From assembly GCA_002633005.1 (NCBI GenBank), contig NMRA01000021.1, positions 985,454-1,049,453 of the forward strand: a DNA stretch of 64,000 nt, in the 5' to 3' direction. Below, in pieces: positions 25,217 through 37,819 of the stretch. The notes below the pieces were generated by a model. That model was not told the origin of the DNA and ran no database searches. It saw nothing but the letters and a program-made list of their open reading frames with translations. The DNA comes from Phoronis australis. Taxonomy: Eukaryota; Animalia; Phoronida. Each line of letters opens with the position of its first letter. Position 1 is the stretch's first letter. The position numbers and the translations under genes were made by a program.

Positions 25217-27127
25217 TAGTCGGTGGGCCAGATCTCATAGCGTTCGTCCTTGTGAGTACTTTGGGGGGGGGGGCAACCTAGTTTTTTCTATGTGGCTAGA
25301 TAATATACCTATAAATCAAATTCCAAAAAGTTTCCAAGTCTACACTTGCACATTTTTTTTAAAAAAGGTGTTTTGTTGCACAAAATATTATGCACATTCC
25401 TGCCACTTGGTGGCGCTTTTCTATTGAATTGACCAATCAGAGAGCCAGATTGTGTTGTTGTGCTTAGTTACTTCAATATGGCTGCTCCCATGGAGTGTGA
25501 TGCCTGTATAATTCAAGGTTTATCAAACAGCACACAATTGGGATGCCAGAGCCTAAAGAAGCTTAGGAAAGCTTCCTGACGAAAGCTGATGGACTGTGGA
25601 ACTCTGTAGGTCAGTAGATCAAAAGGAAGAAGAGGTGTCACAAACGTTTGTGCAGAATACAGTTGCATGTCCTGGTATAGCCTACACAGTATACTGCTGA
25701 GTGCTGTAGAGACCAAGTGTCACACCAAAAAATTGAAAGGACATAGAACCGCATAGCAACGTTTCAAGGCACCAGCAGTAGTACTAAAGCTGAACTTGCT
25801 TAAAGTGATACAGATGTTATCCAAGATTTCCCAAGAAAATCATTTATACTTCCAAAATCTGAAACACCTAATTAACCTGAATCACTGAAGATAGGAACAT
25901 TCTGAAACATGAGTGCATCAGAAAGCAGGTGTGCATGAAGTTATTTGGACAGGCAATCTTAAGAAATAGTTTTGAAGCTACTCACTGTTGTAGTTCGTGC
26001 CCGACTAAGAGATACGAAAGTGAATTGAGGCTCGTGTTCAATAATTCACTTGCTGACTCAAATTAACACAGCCCATTATAACACATTTTGAATCAAACGT
26101 TTGCCCAAATCCTACCCGCCTCCAAGCAAGGACTTAGTATTTGACCCTTCATTGCCTGCGGGCCAACCACCAGTGTGCAGTGCTGTACCCTCTCTAATCA
26201 ACCATAGTTGGCTCCTTGGCGGTGGAGCTTTGCAGTTAAAATGTATGGCAATGCCCGCATCTCCACTGACAGTACTAAACGATGAACGCTGCAAGTGCAA
26301 AAAACATGTGTGCTGGGAAACTGAGTTTGTGCTGCAATGCTGGGTCAAACTGTACAGAAATGTGCAGCTGTGACAACTGTAGTAACATCAGCAACCTCCA
26401 ACCCCGTTATTTCGTTTTTTTTTTGTATTAAAAAATTAATTTTATTTGTTGATTAAGTCATAGAAAGTACATACTTTGATCATTGTCATGTATTTGTCTC
26501 ATATAGCTTGATAAACGCTGTCAGAATAATCTATTATTTTCATACAGTCCGTGTGCACATTCACAGAGATCATTCAACTATATTTTTTGTACTATAACGT
26601 ATTTCTGATGTATTAAGCAAACAAGCTGTATATTACATCATTAGTCAATGTTTAAGTCATTGAGGCACAAATTTTGCCCAGTCTCAAATGTTTGTGTTAT
26701 TTTTGTTGCCAGACAATGCCAGAATAACTTCCTAGTAACATTCATACTTAGTTTGAATTTTTGCCATTAGGTGTCTCTTTACATTTTTTAAATTTCACTG
26801 TTTACAATTAATCTACAATAGTAAAACATGTAATATAAGTGTAATATTGTTCAATACAATGGCACTGATGGGACCATATTACTTGTTTTACAAAAAAGTC
26901 ACCAAAACTGTTGTTTTTACAAATATAAGTTTACTAAGCTCTTTGATGATTATTCTGTAACTTCAAACTCAAATTTCTCCTAAATGTGCAACTTTATATG
27001 TGGGAACTTTTTAGATTTTGAAAACACTCTAATAAATGAATTAAAAAACACCAAAATAAAATTGCCCCCCTAAAGTACTCACAAAAACCATTTTCTAGAG
27101 GCCCTACAAATTCTGGCCCACCGACTA
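25217..27127 (+). mobile_element. Academ-type DNA transposon relic
   Basis: TIR TAGTCGGTGGGCCAGA...TCTGGCCCACCGACTA, with a subterminal IR (TGTGAGTACTTT/AAAGTACTCACA) and a 3-bp TSD ACA. Internal broken motifs SDTDVI (~25805), HCLRANHQ (~26150) and the Cys-rich end CKCKK...CCNAGSNCTEMCSCDNCSN (~26290-26386) are typical of Academ transposases. Confidence 0.8.
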
Positions 27128-27145
27128 ACATAAATGTAGTGGGCA

Positions 27146-27300
27146 GGCAGTGTGACCTAGCCGGTTGAGTGTCTGGCTCCTGTTCACGAGGTTGTTGGTT
27201 CGAATGACACTGGACCCACTGCTAGGTATCGAGCTCCTCAGCTCGGTCTCATTTGTGTATGCAAGTATGTCTAACACAACAAAAAAGGTTTCAGGTGACT
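27146..27300 (+). mobile_element. Degenerate tRNA-derived SINE head
   Basis: A-box-like TGACCTAGCCGG and B-box GGTTCGAAT at tRNA-like spacing, but no intact cloverleaf. The 3' boundary is uncertain. Confidence 0.4.
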
Positions 27301-28976
27301 GGTGCAATGGGCCTGCGCGCGTCTGATGTAACGTTCATTAGACCACCTGCTCTATTTTGTGGTCCGCACATTTCGAAAACTAATTTCCAGAGTGAATTGG
27401 ACTACTAGAGAGGTGAGCAGTCGTGCAGCGCATCAAAATTCGACATTCTGTTCAGTAAAGGTATCCAAGACCTAAGACAAGTTTTATTCAATCGTTTCCC
27501 AATGGCGGTTTCTCGTACTTTTGGAACAAGTCTGAGACCGCTGGTAATTGGATCAGTATCTTCTGTCAGTTTTACCCCCTCCTCACTGACGTAATCACAT
27601 TTACACCCCTCCCCCCCTCGTTTTTTCAATTCTACCCCTGTTCGTTGCAAATTGTCTTTCGTCTCTCCCAGTCTCTGAGATTTCCGGCTCCAGAGTTTTA
27701 CAACGAGTACTGGGAGCCGAAAGTTGCTAGTCCCGAGTTTGTGGAATGATGCTGCTCGAATTCATATTAAACCTAACTGTTTGTAATTTCTACATGGAAA
27801 CGAATTATCTTTCAAACCGTGTATCATTAAGTTATCAAATACTAACCGTGTAAACATTAATCGAGGTTCCCCGGAAAAAAATTTCTTGACCCCCAAATAT
27901 TTTTGGGGAATGCAAGGACACGTGACTTTACCAGGATTTTTTTACCCGGATCGAAGATCACGATTCGCTTCGATGTGTAACATAAAAGATCAGTTTCATT
28001 TGAAATTTTGTCCTCTTAGTTTCCAAATTCGTGTCCAGCAACTATAGTGGTGGCGACGAATCAGGGCTCGGAGTGACTTCCTGACAGTCGTGGTAATTAG
28101 CTAATTAACGCTAGAGGTTGCCGAAAGATGTTTGAATTTCATCGGGAGAAGTGAACGCAATAAATTACCTTTTATCGTGTTAGCAGTTAAATAATTCTTG
28201 CTGTTCACCCCCCGGGGATAAAACGCCAATAAATAGTCGCAAAAAAATTACAAAATCAGAGAACAGAAACTAACCCGACACTGGATCTGGTTCAGACTAA
28301 CTACAGAGACGGTGACGCGGGCGCTGAGTCACAGGCGTAGAAATTTTTTATCATCGCCAAATAACAATCACTCACTATATACACAGATCGTTTACAATAA
28401 ACACGCTATAAAAGCAGAACCCCTGAATTCTCAATAGAATCTTGTGCTATTCCTTACAGTCTCATTGCGAGATTTCGAAACCAAAGAGCCCGTTTAAAAA
28501 AACAGTCTTTACTCTCACGCAAAATTGCGTATCACTTTTCAATATTTTAATCGGAATACCGTCACTGTGGGTACCTCTTCGTGTACAAGAAGTGCCAGGC
28601 AATTCAAGAGTGACTACCAGCAGTTTACACTATATTATCGCAGGCATTCTTGACAGCGGCTCACAGTGAATATTTTCTAATGTACGTGCACACTTTGGCC
28701 TTTGTGAATCACCTCAAAAATGGTGCGCTAGAAGCTTGAGCATATATTTGTCGCTGTAAGCGTGTTTATTGGAACGTGTACACTGAAACATGCCTTTGCA
28801 TTTATTTTTTACAGCTCTACGTGTATATATGTACTTTATACCGCTAATAAATTAATAATGCATTTCCTTCATAAACATTTACGGGACATGTGTCGAAGAA
28901 ATGGAGGTCAGAATTATCGAGGTGTAGACTAGTTTTCGTAAAATGAACTTGTTTTGAACATGGCTTTATCTTTCAA

Positions 28977-29101
28977 AGCCTACCCTAGCCTACCCTAGCC
29001 TACCCTAGCCCATCCTAGCCTACCCTAGCCTACCCTGGCCTACCCTAACCTGCCCTAGCCTACCCTAGCCTACCCTAGCCCACCCTAGCCTACCCTAGCC
29101 T
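28977..29101. repeat. Minisatellite (AGCCTACCCT)n, 10-bp unit, ~12 copies
   Basis: Directly visible tandem array. Confidence 0.95.
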
Positions 29102-31929
29102 TCAATCTAACATTTACGCGGAGAGTACTGCGCTTCTGAGAAAAATAGGGAACCGGTGAAAATTATTGGCCTGGCTCCCGACGTGAGTCAATGTGAGGCA
29201 CTTTTAAACTGTGAATTTGGAATTACAATTCTTTTTTTTATCTTTACGTCTTTCAAAATTCACAAACATGTTATTGATCTGACTCATGTTACTCAGAATA
29301 TGTACTTCCCTTTCTCCACCGGCGAGAGAAAAGAATGACGAAGTAATTTTAAAAATATCGGAATGCTCATCAGTTCTGTGGTTTTCTTGTCTGTGCCTGG
29401 CACCTGTTCTGTAAATAGAGATCGTGTTCTATAGACACGTTAATGAAATCATCACTCAAACATCTATGACGAAAACATTGTAAACTTTCAGAGGCTAATC
29501 GACTTCCGTGACCAAGCAACCAAGACTGAACCCTGAAGCAAAACCTTGTTTTTTTCTGGTTGTAAATTATATAGCATGTTGACGGCTCTGTGTGCACCAT
29601 CTTGTCTTTAAACATCATACACCTTGTGCGGAACTGTCGTAAGTACACCGTAAGGAGAACGTGTAACCCCAGAATAACGTCTAAAGTTGACTAACGTCCG
29701 ATCACCATGTCTAAGGACACAAAACTTGCAGATAGTGTGACGTACTTCCTGCACTGGTCTCCAAAAAGTCACACGAATCGTTTTAAAATGTTCCACCTGG
29801 GCATGCGGGGTATCATAACTGCAACTTCTTAATTTTTTTAAGAAAAATCAAAGCTTGCATATAATGGGAACAAAAGGATGATTTGGGGATTTCAAATTCG
29901 TCAAATTATATAATTTAGCCACGCTGAACCATTGAGACGGAGGATGATGAGCGTGGAAATGTTTTCAAACCCCAATGCGCTTCGGTTGAGAATTTAACAG
30001 TGACAGCTGAATAGTGGCAAAATTCCCCTTTGAGCGTTTTAACTGTCTGGAGGTTGGATATTCTAATTTTCCAGAACATACCGTGATCAGAATGTTTCCC
30101 GGCCTTTGTGGTTGCAGGCCCTGTTACAAGCACGATTTTTCTACATGTACCATGTAGTTCGAACAGAAAGAATGCGTTTATCACAAAGTTTTTCAAGCAG
30201 TTGCAGCCAGCAGCAACTGAAGGACAAGTCATGTTTGTCTTGATTTAATAACAGCGATGTTCCTCGAGTTTTTATCAGTTCTATACTATATGTTTTCATG
30301 CCTATCCACACACTTTACTTGAGAAGTGCACGTGCTTGCGTTTAAATAAACGTATATTTATTGGCATTATATTTGTTTAAGAAGTTTGCATATAATAAAT
30401 ATTTCTGCAAATATGCATTTTATACCTGTTAAAAACCACAGGGCCGTGTTCCTAGAAAACTGACTTAGCTAAGAGGAATCGTAATTTTCAGTCAGTTTTA
30501 AGATAAAACTTAAAATTTCCGTTTCGTTAGAAAGAGATCTTAAGTTTGTCTTAATTGTGAGTAACTTACCGGATGCGGAAGTTTCAGAGTTTGAAAGATG
30601 AGACAAATCTTATACTTAAACGACATGGAAAGTTTCCTATACGTTAACACCTTAACCTGTCGAGACTGGGCAAATCGACCGGTTTGCGCACCACAGAATT
30701 TACCGGTTTAGATCAAAGACACCATGCTGTTGTGGTTAATTACATGAGAGTCGCATCAGATTCACGGGATATATCTAGACCTATGAATTGTGTATTCGCC
30801 GAATTACGGTAGTTCCTGCCTTTTTAGTGGACTTTTGTCTGTTTCCTAGTTTTTTTTTGGAATTTTTTGTCTCCGAGTCTGAGGCGAACCTTTTTGCTCA
30901 CTTCGCCAAATGGGGGGGGGGGGTGTGCTCGAAACGTTTGTTTAATGTTGCAATAATATGGTTCTCATTAATACCGATGGGTGTGCAGCGTAATTGAACC
31001 AATTACCAAACCACGAGGCAGCAGTTTAATTTTGAGTTAAGCCAAGTGTCAACGTACAACTCTTGGCAAGGACCCCGGGGCTCTATCGTGATTTTTTCTT
31101 ACACGTGCTATCTGTGTGACACTAGCGCCCAGTGTGTTCTTAGCGAATTTCAGCACGTGCTTAACACGTTCAGAACCAAAACCCGACTAAAATTTATAGT
31201 CTTGTGCGAACCCCGTACATGTACAGTGCAATACTGTCACGTATGCTCACGGGCCCAATCGAGTGAATGCCGCGGCGGGCTGCGCCAATATGTGAGGCGT
31301 ACGTATTGGGTTTCAGCGAAACATTTGAGTAAAAAGTCAGAGACAACTTCAGTATCTAACCAAACGTCAATTTACAGGTACCTCGTGCTACGTGTGTCGA
31401 AGACAGTGCAGTCGATGTATCGCTTGACGTGCTTCGAATGACTCACTACAGGATAGGGATTGATCAAAAGGGGGCGCTTTCTACTGAAGTGAGGGAAGAT
31501 TTCTCGGGAAGTCTACGCCTGACAATTGCAAAACCGTTGACATCTACAGTCCGTCTGTCGTTAACAGCCAACGGTTTACAGGTGTAGGCATCCACAATTT
31601 GCATTGTTAAATATTATTAGATAATGAATGTGAAGAAAGACTGAGTTGGCAGCGTACGGAGTTTTGTTTTGTGCTCTGACGTGGTTCGTACTTTTAAAGT
31701 TGCTGGACCCGAGATTGGCGAATAAGACTGCTATGAATGAACTTAAAACCTAATTTTTGTGTGTTTTAATATACCGAAGCGAATCTTGATCGGTGAGCCG
31801 GCTACAAAAGATCAACGAAGTTGCGTGTCCTTGCATTATGTTAATAATGATCACGAAAAATTTCGGGTCCCCAAACAAAGTTGAACCTCCTTTACTTTTA
31901 ATGAATACAAAGACATGAATCTTGAGTAG

Positions 31930-32184
31930 CATGCGCGCGCCCATGGGGGGGCTCGGGGGCTCGNCCCCCCCCCCACCCGTTAGGCGAAAAGGTCCGCCTC
32001 AGAGAAACAAAAACTCCGAGAAAACTTGACGAGGCAAAGGTCCACTAAAAAGACGCAGTTTACATTTTTGAAGGTAGTACCCCGTTTTTTGTTTAGTCCT
32101 GGCGATATTTTGGTCAGCAAAAGGTCCACATCGACAGAAATTCGAGCCCCCTTGCTCCCATATTGAAGGCATGATGCACGCATG
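31930..32184 (+). mobile_element. ~250-bp MITE (family C, CATGCG...CGCATG)
   Basis: Short TIRs and internal AAAAGGTCC repeats. Related fragments at ~30825-30930 (reverse), 48101-48255 and the window end (~63976). Confidence 0.55.
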
Positions 32185-32212
32185 GGGAGGGAGGGAAGGA
32201 TTTCTCGTACCC

Positions 32213-32619
32213 CTGGGCCCGGTCTCCAATCTTTTTACTCGAAATGGAACTCGAAACTAGCTTTGGCATTTTCTACTTTACTTTTGGGCGAACTCAAGAT
32301 AAGTGTCTATTATTCTATGCTCGAGTACACGATAACTTACGTAGATAATTTATTGCCCTTAGTTCACAGCTTGTAAACCCAATATTAAAGCAATAAGTTC
32401 GAGTTTGAACTCGAAATTTCGAGTTTTTACTCGAGTTTGTAGCACGAATACAAGGGTCTTCAAGGGCAAACTTGAACTAGAAACTCCTATGCATAAACTA
32501 TAATGTATTCGAGCACAGTCTGATAACCAATTATCTTAAGTTCGCACAAAAGGAGCAGAGAAATTGTCAAAACTAGTTTCGATTTCGTTTCGAGTACAAA
32601 GATTAGAGACCGGGCCCAG
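32213..32619. mobile_element. Palindromic ~400-bp MITE, PIF/Harbinger-like
   Basis: CTGGGCCCGGTCTCCAATC...GATTAGAGACCGGGCCCAG ends with extended internal symmetry. A diverged copy lies at ~1318-1695. Confidence 0.7.
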
Positions 32620-35600
32620 ATCAAAATTAATTGAACTTTTATGATTTCCATGAAAAGCTCAAAGGTTGCATAAAACGAGAACAAAACATATTATTAGAAA
32701 ACTGTAGTGTGTTTGAGATTTCATCTTGAACATTTAGATTAAAAATAAAATACTATGTGATTGTGTTGTTACCGCATGGGCCTATATGTATATCTGAAAT
32801 AATGCCTTTTTTATCCCGGTGGTTCGCCACATATTGGCGCATTCGCTAAAGTTTTGCTTGTACTTGTAAGCCCAGGCATTTTCACCTGCATAAGCTCATG
32901 CAGTGTACAAAAATAAATCTCATATACCGTAAAGATTGTGATGTAAATATTGTGACGTTTTTCATGAACAACTTTTACTGCATTGCCACGCCTTTAGACC
33001 CTTGGGCCTATATCCGAAATCATGTTTTGTCGAGGCTTTTTTACTCATGAGGTTCTCATATTGGCAGACGTACCTAAATTTCCCACACAAGCACAGTTCC
33101 GCACAAACAGACATCCATGAGCCTAATAGCGGGGCAATACGACAACGCCATAGCTTTCCTATCAAGGCACCTTCCTTTAGTGTTAAGTTTACTGAAAAGG
33201 TCACATGGCCCAATTAATGGCAGAATGATAAAAGTCAAAAATCAAATTCTACAACATTTCCGCTACCTTCGGAAATTCACACTTTTACTGACTTAACAGA
33301 TGCGCACCGATTACAAGTCCGGCAAGCGGCTTGATAGTCTCTTCTCCAGCTACTAACCGCGGAGGGAGCTACACTGCAACAAACAGACACGATCTGCTGG
33401 CACGTTTTGTTAAGGTCTTCTTGGTATTCGTTAGTTAATTTGTGTTTACGTATTTCCTCGTAAACGTACAGGTAATGTTCACGATGTTACTCGGACATTG
33501 ACGAACATTGCACCAGGTCACGTAACCATTCTGTCCCATATCTTTCACTGCATGTGGCAACATAATGTGTTACTATGTCAACGTGAGTGTTCGTCAATCT
33601 AAAATCATGATTAATGACACCGACCCACCTTGATGTCCCAGGGGTGTGCGCACTGTTGCGTAAGGTCATAAATCCTGCAGTCGCATGGCAACCTACAGAA
33701 AATATTCGCCAAAATGTCATTTCCCTAGTGCACAGTGTAGTTCACATTGTATTTAACACGATTTAATATTTTTGAACGTATCTAAGTAATGGCTAGAGCA
33801 CCAGATGGCGGCACGTCGATTTGCTCGAACTGAAAGTCCTTCGTACTCTATCCTCGTTCCGGACTCAGCGCGTAGATAATCAAGTACCTGATTGACTTCC
33901 GTATGTCGAAAGTCACGTGAGTTGACTAACCTGACATATGTCGCATTAGTGATGCGCATTTACAACGAATTAACACCAGTATAAGTGGACATGAACGTGG
34001 AATTAAAGGGAGAGATATTTTTGTTTTGAAATGATCAATCTATACCTTTTATACACTGGGCACGAGTGCTCAGAGTTAAATTATTTATGTACATATAAAG
34101 CTATATTTTTTTTAAATCATCGATCACAACACACGCTTGTTATGTACAAAATAAATAATGCGCAAATGTCTGTAATCACATGACCACGTTTTTTGTAAAA
34201 AAAAACGGGATTTTTAACCAACTATTTTTACACAGTCATGGATGTTTTGCAAGAAAGCTGCAACCTTTTTTATTTTAAATCTATTAGCTGTATATACATG
34301 TATGTACAAACGTGTGTCTCAGAACTCGGCTGTCGTCAAAACTTCCGGAGATCTCGGGGCAAAAGGCCTTAAAAGAATATCCCATGCAAGCTTTTGTAAC
34401 AATAACGAAACAGATTGTGCAAGTAACAAATGGGGTTAAACATCTCAATACAAAAATCCTTCCAGGGGTCTAGATTCAAATGTTAGATTGCACAGAAAGG
34501 ACCTCTGGCGGTATTCGCTGGTCTTACAGCTCATGACACGAAATATTATCGTCGGTCTTCGTCATGCAGAATATTCACCCCGATATTAAAGAAGATCATT
34601 TGCCCACCGCAAGGACATTGGCACAAAATACTGTTCCAACAACTTCATAGATTTTGTGAATTTGTTTGAATGACCAGGATTTTTATGAGGACATTGATTA
34701 AAGCTTCCACTATCTCAGACAACGAATGGACGGATCAAAAGTAATGGATCATTTCCATGTGTCACATGGTTTAATATGAATTTGAACCGTTTAAGGGGAC
34801 ATTCTCGGAGAGAAGTGAGGAATCGATCTCACTTGGTCTGACGCTGATCCACATCTCAAGTATTAAGCACGTGTATCTTCGTGTCTTGGTTTCAGCATAT
34901 GTCACTGTGAGAATTGGTGATTTGTCACAAAAAACACAACGGATTTTTTGTAAATTTGACCAAAGTTAATAATTTCAAGAAGACTATCACATCTAACGAT
35001 AATCCAAAAAAATGTTTCTTTTGGCCGTAAAACCGACAATGCCCCTTTAATTTGCCACACTCTGATCCACCAACTTCAAACTGGACACTAGCAGTACTTG
35101 GTCATTCCTTTAGTGGGCAATAAAACTGGTTTGCCCATTCATTTCGTGCTCGGTGGCACCAAACAAAACACTACGCCTTTTTTCTTTAGCTTTCTGGCAA
35201 GAAGTTTTTTTTTCGTCGTCGTGCGCATAAAAATTACCTCAAATATGTATAAACGACTGCCTTCTTTTCGTTAATAAAGTTGCACGTATTGTCAGTGGAA
35301 CCTGATTTGCGAACGTTTCCATGGTAATTAATTTTTTAATTTGCTAAATGAAGTATTCCCAATTGATTAATCTGACCATGAAAAAGTAGACAACATAATC
35401 GTATTTTATTGGGCAATTTTGACAGCGTTTCCTAAGGTATGGAAAAATAATCACATTGATGTGGATTTAATTCGTCAAGAGTAACCTAGAATTACGCTGT
35501 GTAAAAAACATAAATCAGTTTAATCAAAGTGGTTTGCGCTGAAATTCATTTTCTACTTTTTGTAAGGGAGGCGCAAAGAGTATCTTCAACTTGTCTGCGA

Positions 35601-36630
35601 GGTGTGTAACAATATTTACATTGTTTTGGTCGGAATTATTAAGAACAACACTCAGGAATAAAGTCTGAATAACATAAAACACAAAGGAGGAAGTACTCCA
35701 CGTTTGAAATGTTTCATGTTTTCCACAATTCCAACAACTCCGGCACGCGCCATGGTTATTTACAACAGCATGACGTGTGCCTAACGTGAACAATTTTCGG
35801 TTGATTGATATGACGATAGGTTACACGGGACCAACGCTATTTAATGGAGCTTCGTCCAACTCAGTCAGACCACAGAATTCTGTTCAGGTACGTTTTAAAC
35901 AGACACTCCTAAATACGCATTCGTTAACAAAACAACTTTTAAACAAAACATCACTGAAGCACATATTCTTATGAACAACACCACGCAAGTGCTTCATTTA
36001 ATTTACAAAAAAATAAAATCGACTTTTCAAGTAGTTTTCATTGCAGTTTCGTATACTTTTGAAACACTAGAACATTGCATTTGAGCAAAACTTAGCAACA
36101 TAGGGATACGAATCAAAACACCAACGTCACTGTAAGCAATGATTAATTCTTAATTTTGGCCTGCCCCATGTCTCAGTGAACGTGACCAGGGTTTGATTAA
36201 ATTGAATCCATGCATTGAATTGGCCCTGTGGTGTGTCTTGGTTGTTATGTGCGGTGAGCGTCTCTGGTGAAAGTCGGTGGAAACTCCTGAATTACTGATT
36301 TTCGAAATATGTAAATTCACTAACCAACCAAACGAGCGATGACGTCTTTTTGACGGGCGTTCGGCGCCACCTACGGATCCCATATATTGCGGACGGGAGA
36401 TTTCAACCTAATGGTATTTACAGCGTTCTAACACCTTGCTTGATATCATCTTGCCCGCAAATTTTCTGTCATGTGCGATGTGGTATACTCCGAGTGAGTG
36501 GCTTGCGGAAACGGCAAACCCCTTGAAATATCCGTCAATGAAGGACATCATTTCTCAAACATTTCCCACTGCCAAGATTGAAGCATTCGCGACTGCGGAA
36601 ATAGCTTTCTCGCTTTCTTTGCTCTAGAGA

Positions 36631-36702
36631 CATGCGCCGCGCATCAATGAAAAAAGTGGGAGGCTATGGCCCCCCAACCACCCCTATGGTGCACCGCCCA
36701 TG
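36631..36702. mobile_element. Family B mini-MITE
   Basis: TIRs present, with a perfect 5-bp TSD AGAGA. Confidence 0.7.
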
Positions 36703-37819
36703 AGAGAGCGATAGTACGAAAAGACCCCCATTGACGTCTGGTTTTGTCCTACTTTACCTACTATTTGCCTCACAATTCCTACTTTATCAGAATTTTTGTT
36801 AAAAAATACCACGCTGCCTCTCTCACACTGCTTTAATTTAAACAGCTTGAAAACCTAAATTCATCACTTATTTAGTATACACGAAAACGGTGCAGTTATT
36901 TGTCGTGAACGGTGTGATTATTAGAAAGGCTTTTTTGCTATTTTTGACTATTTTATTGGTTACATGTGACCAAAACATTTAAATGTGTCGGCTAAAATGC
37001 CCGAGACATTGTTGCTTATCAGACTGTATCGACACACGGAACACTAACTCCACATTTCAACATTTCGCCTTTTTCCAAATTCAAAGGCAAAGAATAAAAA
37101 ATGATGAAACTAACTGAATTTTAAAATTACACCTATATAAATGAGGCGGAAAATGTGAAATTAAAATTTCCAGGTGAACGTCCCACGAAACCTATTTTAA
37201 AGCTTCTACAGTTGTACGCTCATGGCTATAGTTTGTGTTGTGCAGAATAAAATGCACATACAAGTAGTGTCAAACAAAATGGGTAGTTACAACACAATGA
37301 GTTTAAGTATTAGGGAAACCCACAATTATGGGCTTTGCAAATTTATCACAAGCGTACAAAATTCCAATATGAAACCATTCTTGCAAAATGTTCAAATTTG
37401 GAAGCACTTAATTTGAAAGATTTCTTTTGCCCAACATTTTCATTTGGGGCTCATCATTTTTGGTGGATGTCACCCCCGACACCCCTCCCTTCAGGAGAAG
37501 TTATGCGGCCGCTGTTGGTAAACTCAACTGCGAGGTGGAGGAAACGAAAAACAAAAGAAAAAACATTTACCAGCATCTCACCGAGTTCATTCTTACGAAA
37601 TCATTGAATGCAGATACAACTTGTATAGGTATAGCGTGTTTAAATAGGTTTCATGACGTTTTATTACGCTTCCATCCATTGAACACGACACAAAGGCTAT
37701 TAATGTTCATGATCGATGCATTTTAACCTATAGGTGTGCAGTCGAACCGTGTTACAACGGACCTGGACTACAACAAGCTTTCAAATAAACACCTGGAAAG
37801 TAAATTTTGCAACATCTGA

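Noticed and set aside
25880-25920. CTGAAGA...GAAAC hammerhead-like core
   Set aside because: No NUH cleavage triplet or convincing stems I and III, and it lies within the Academ coding relic.
27146-27217. tRNA gene
   Set aside because: A and B boxes are present but the stems do not pair into a cloverleaf. Treated as a SINE head.
34790-35050. TTAA-flanked segment as a small Kolobok MITE
   Set aside because: The ends (GGGGACATTCTCGG vs AGGGGCATTGTCGG) match only loosely, too weak to list. Other lone TTAAAGG ends (1121, ~8496, ~12747, ~18840) have no visible partner.
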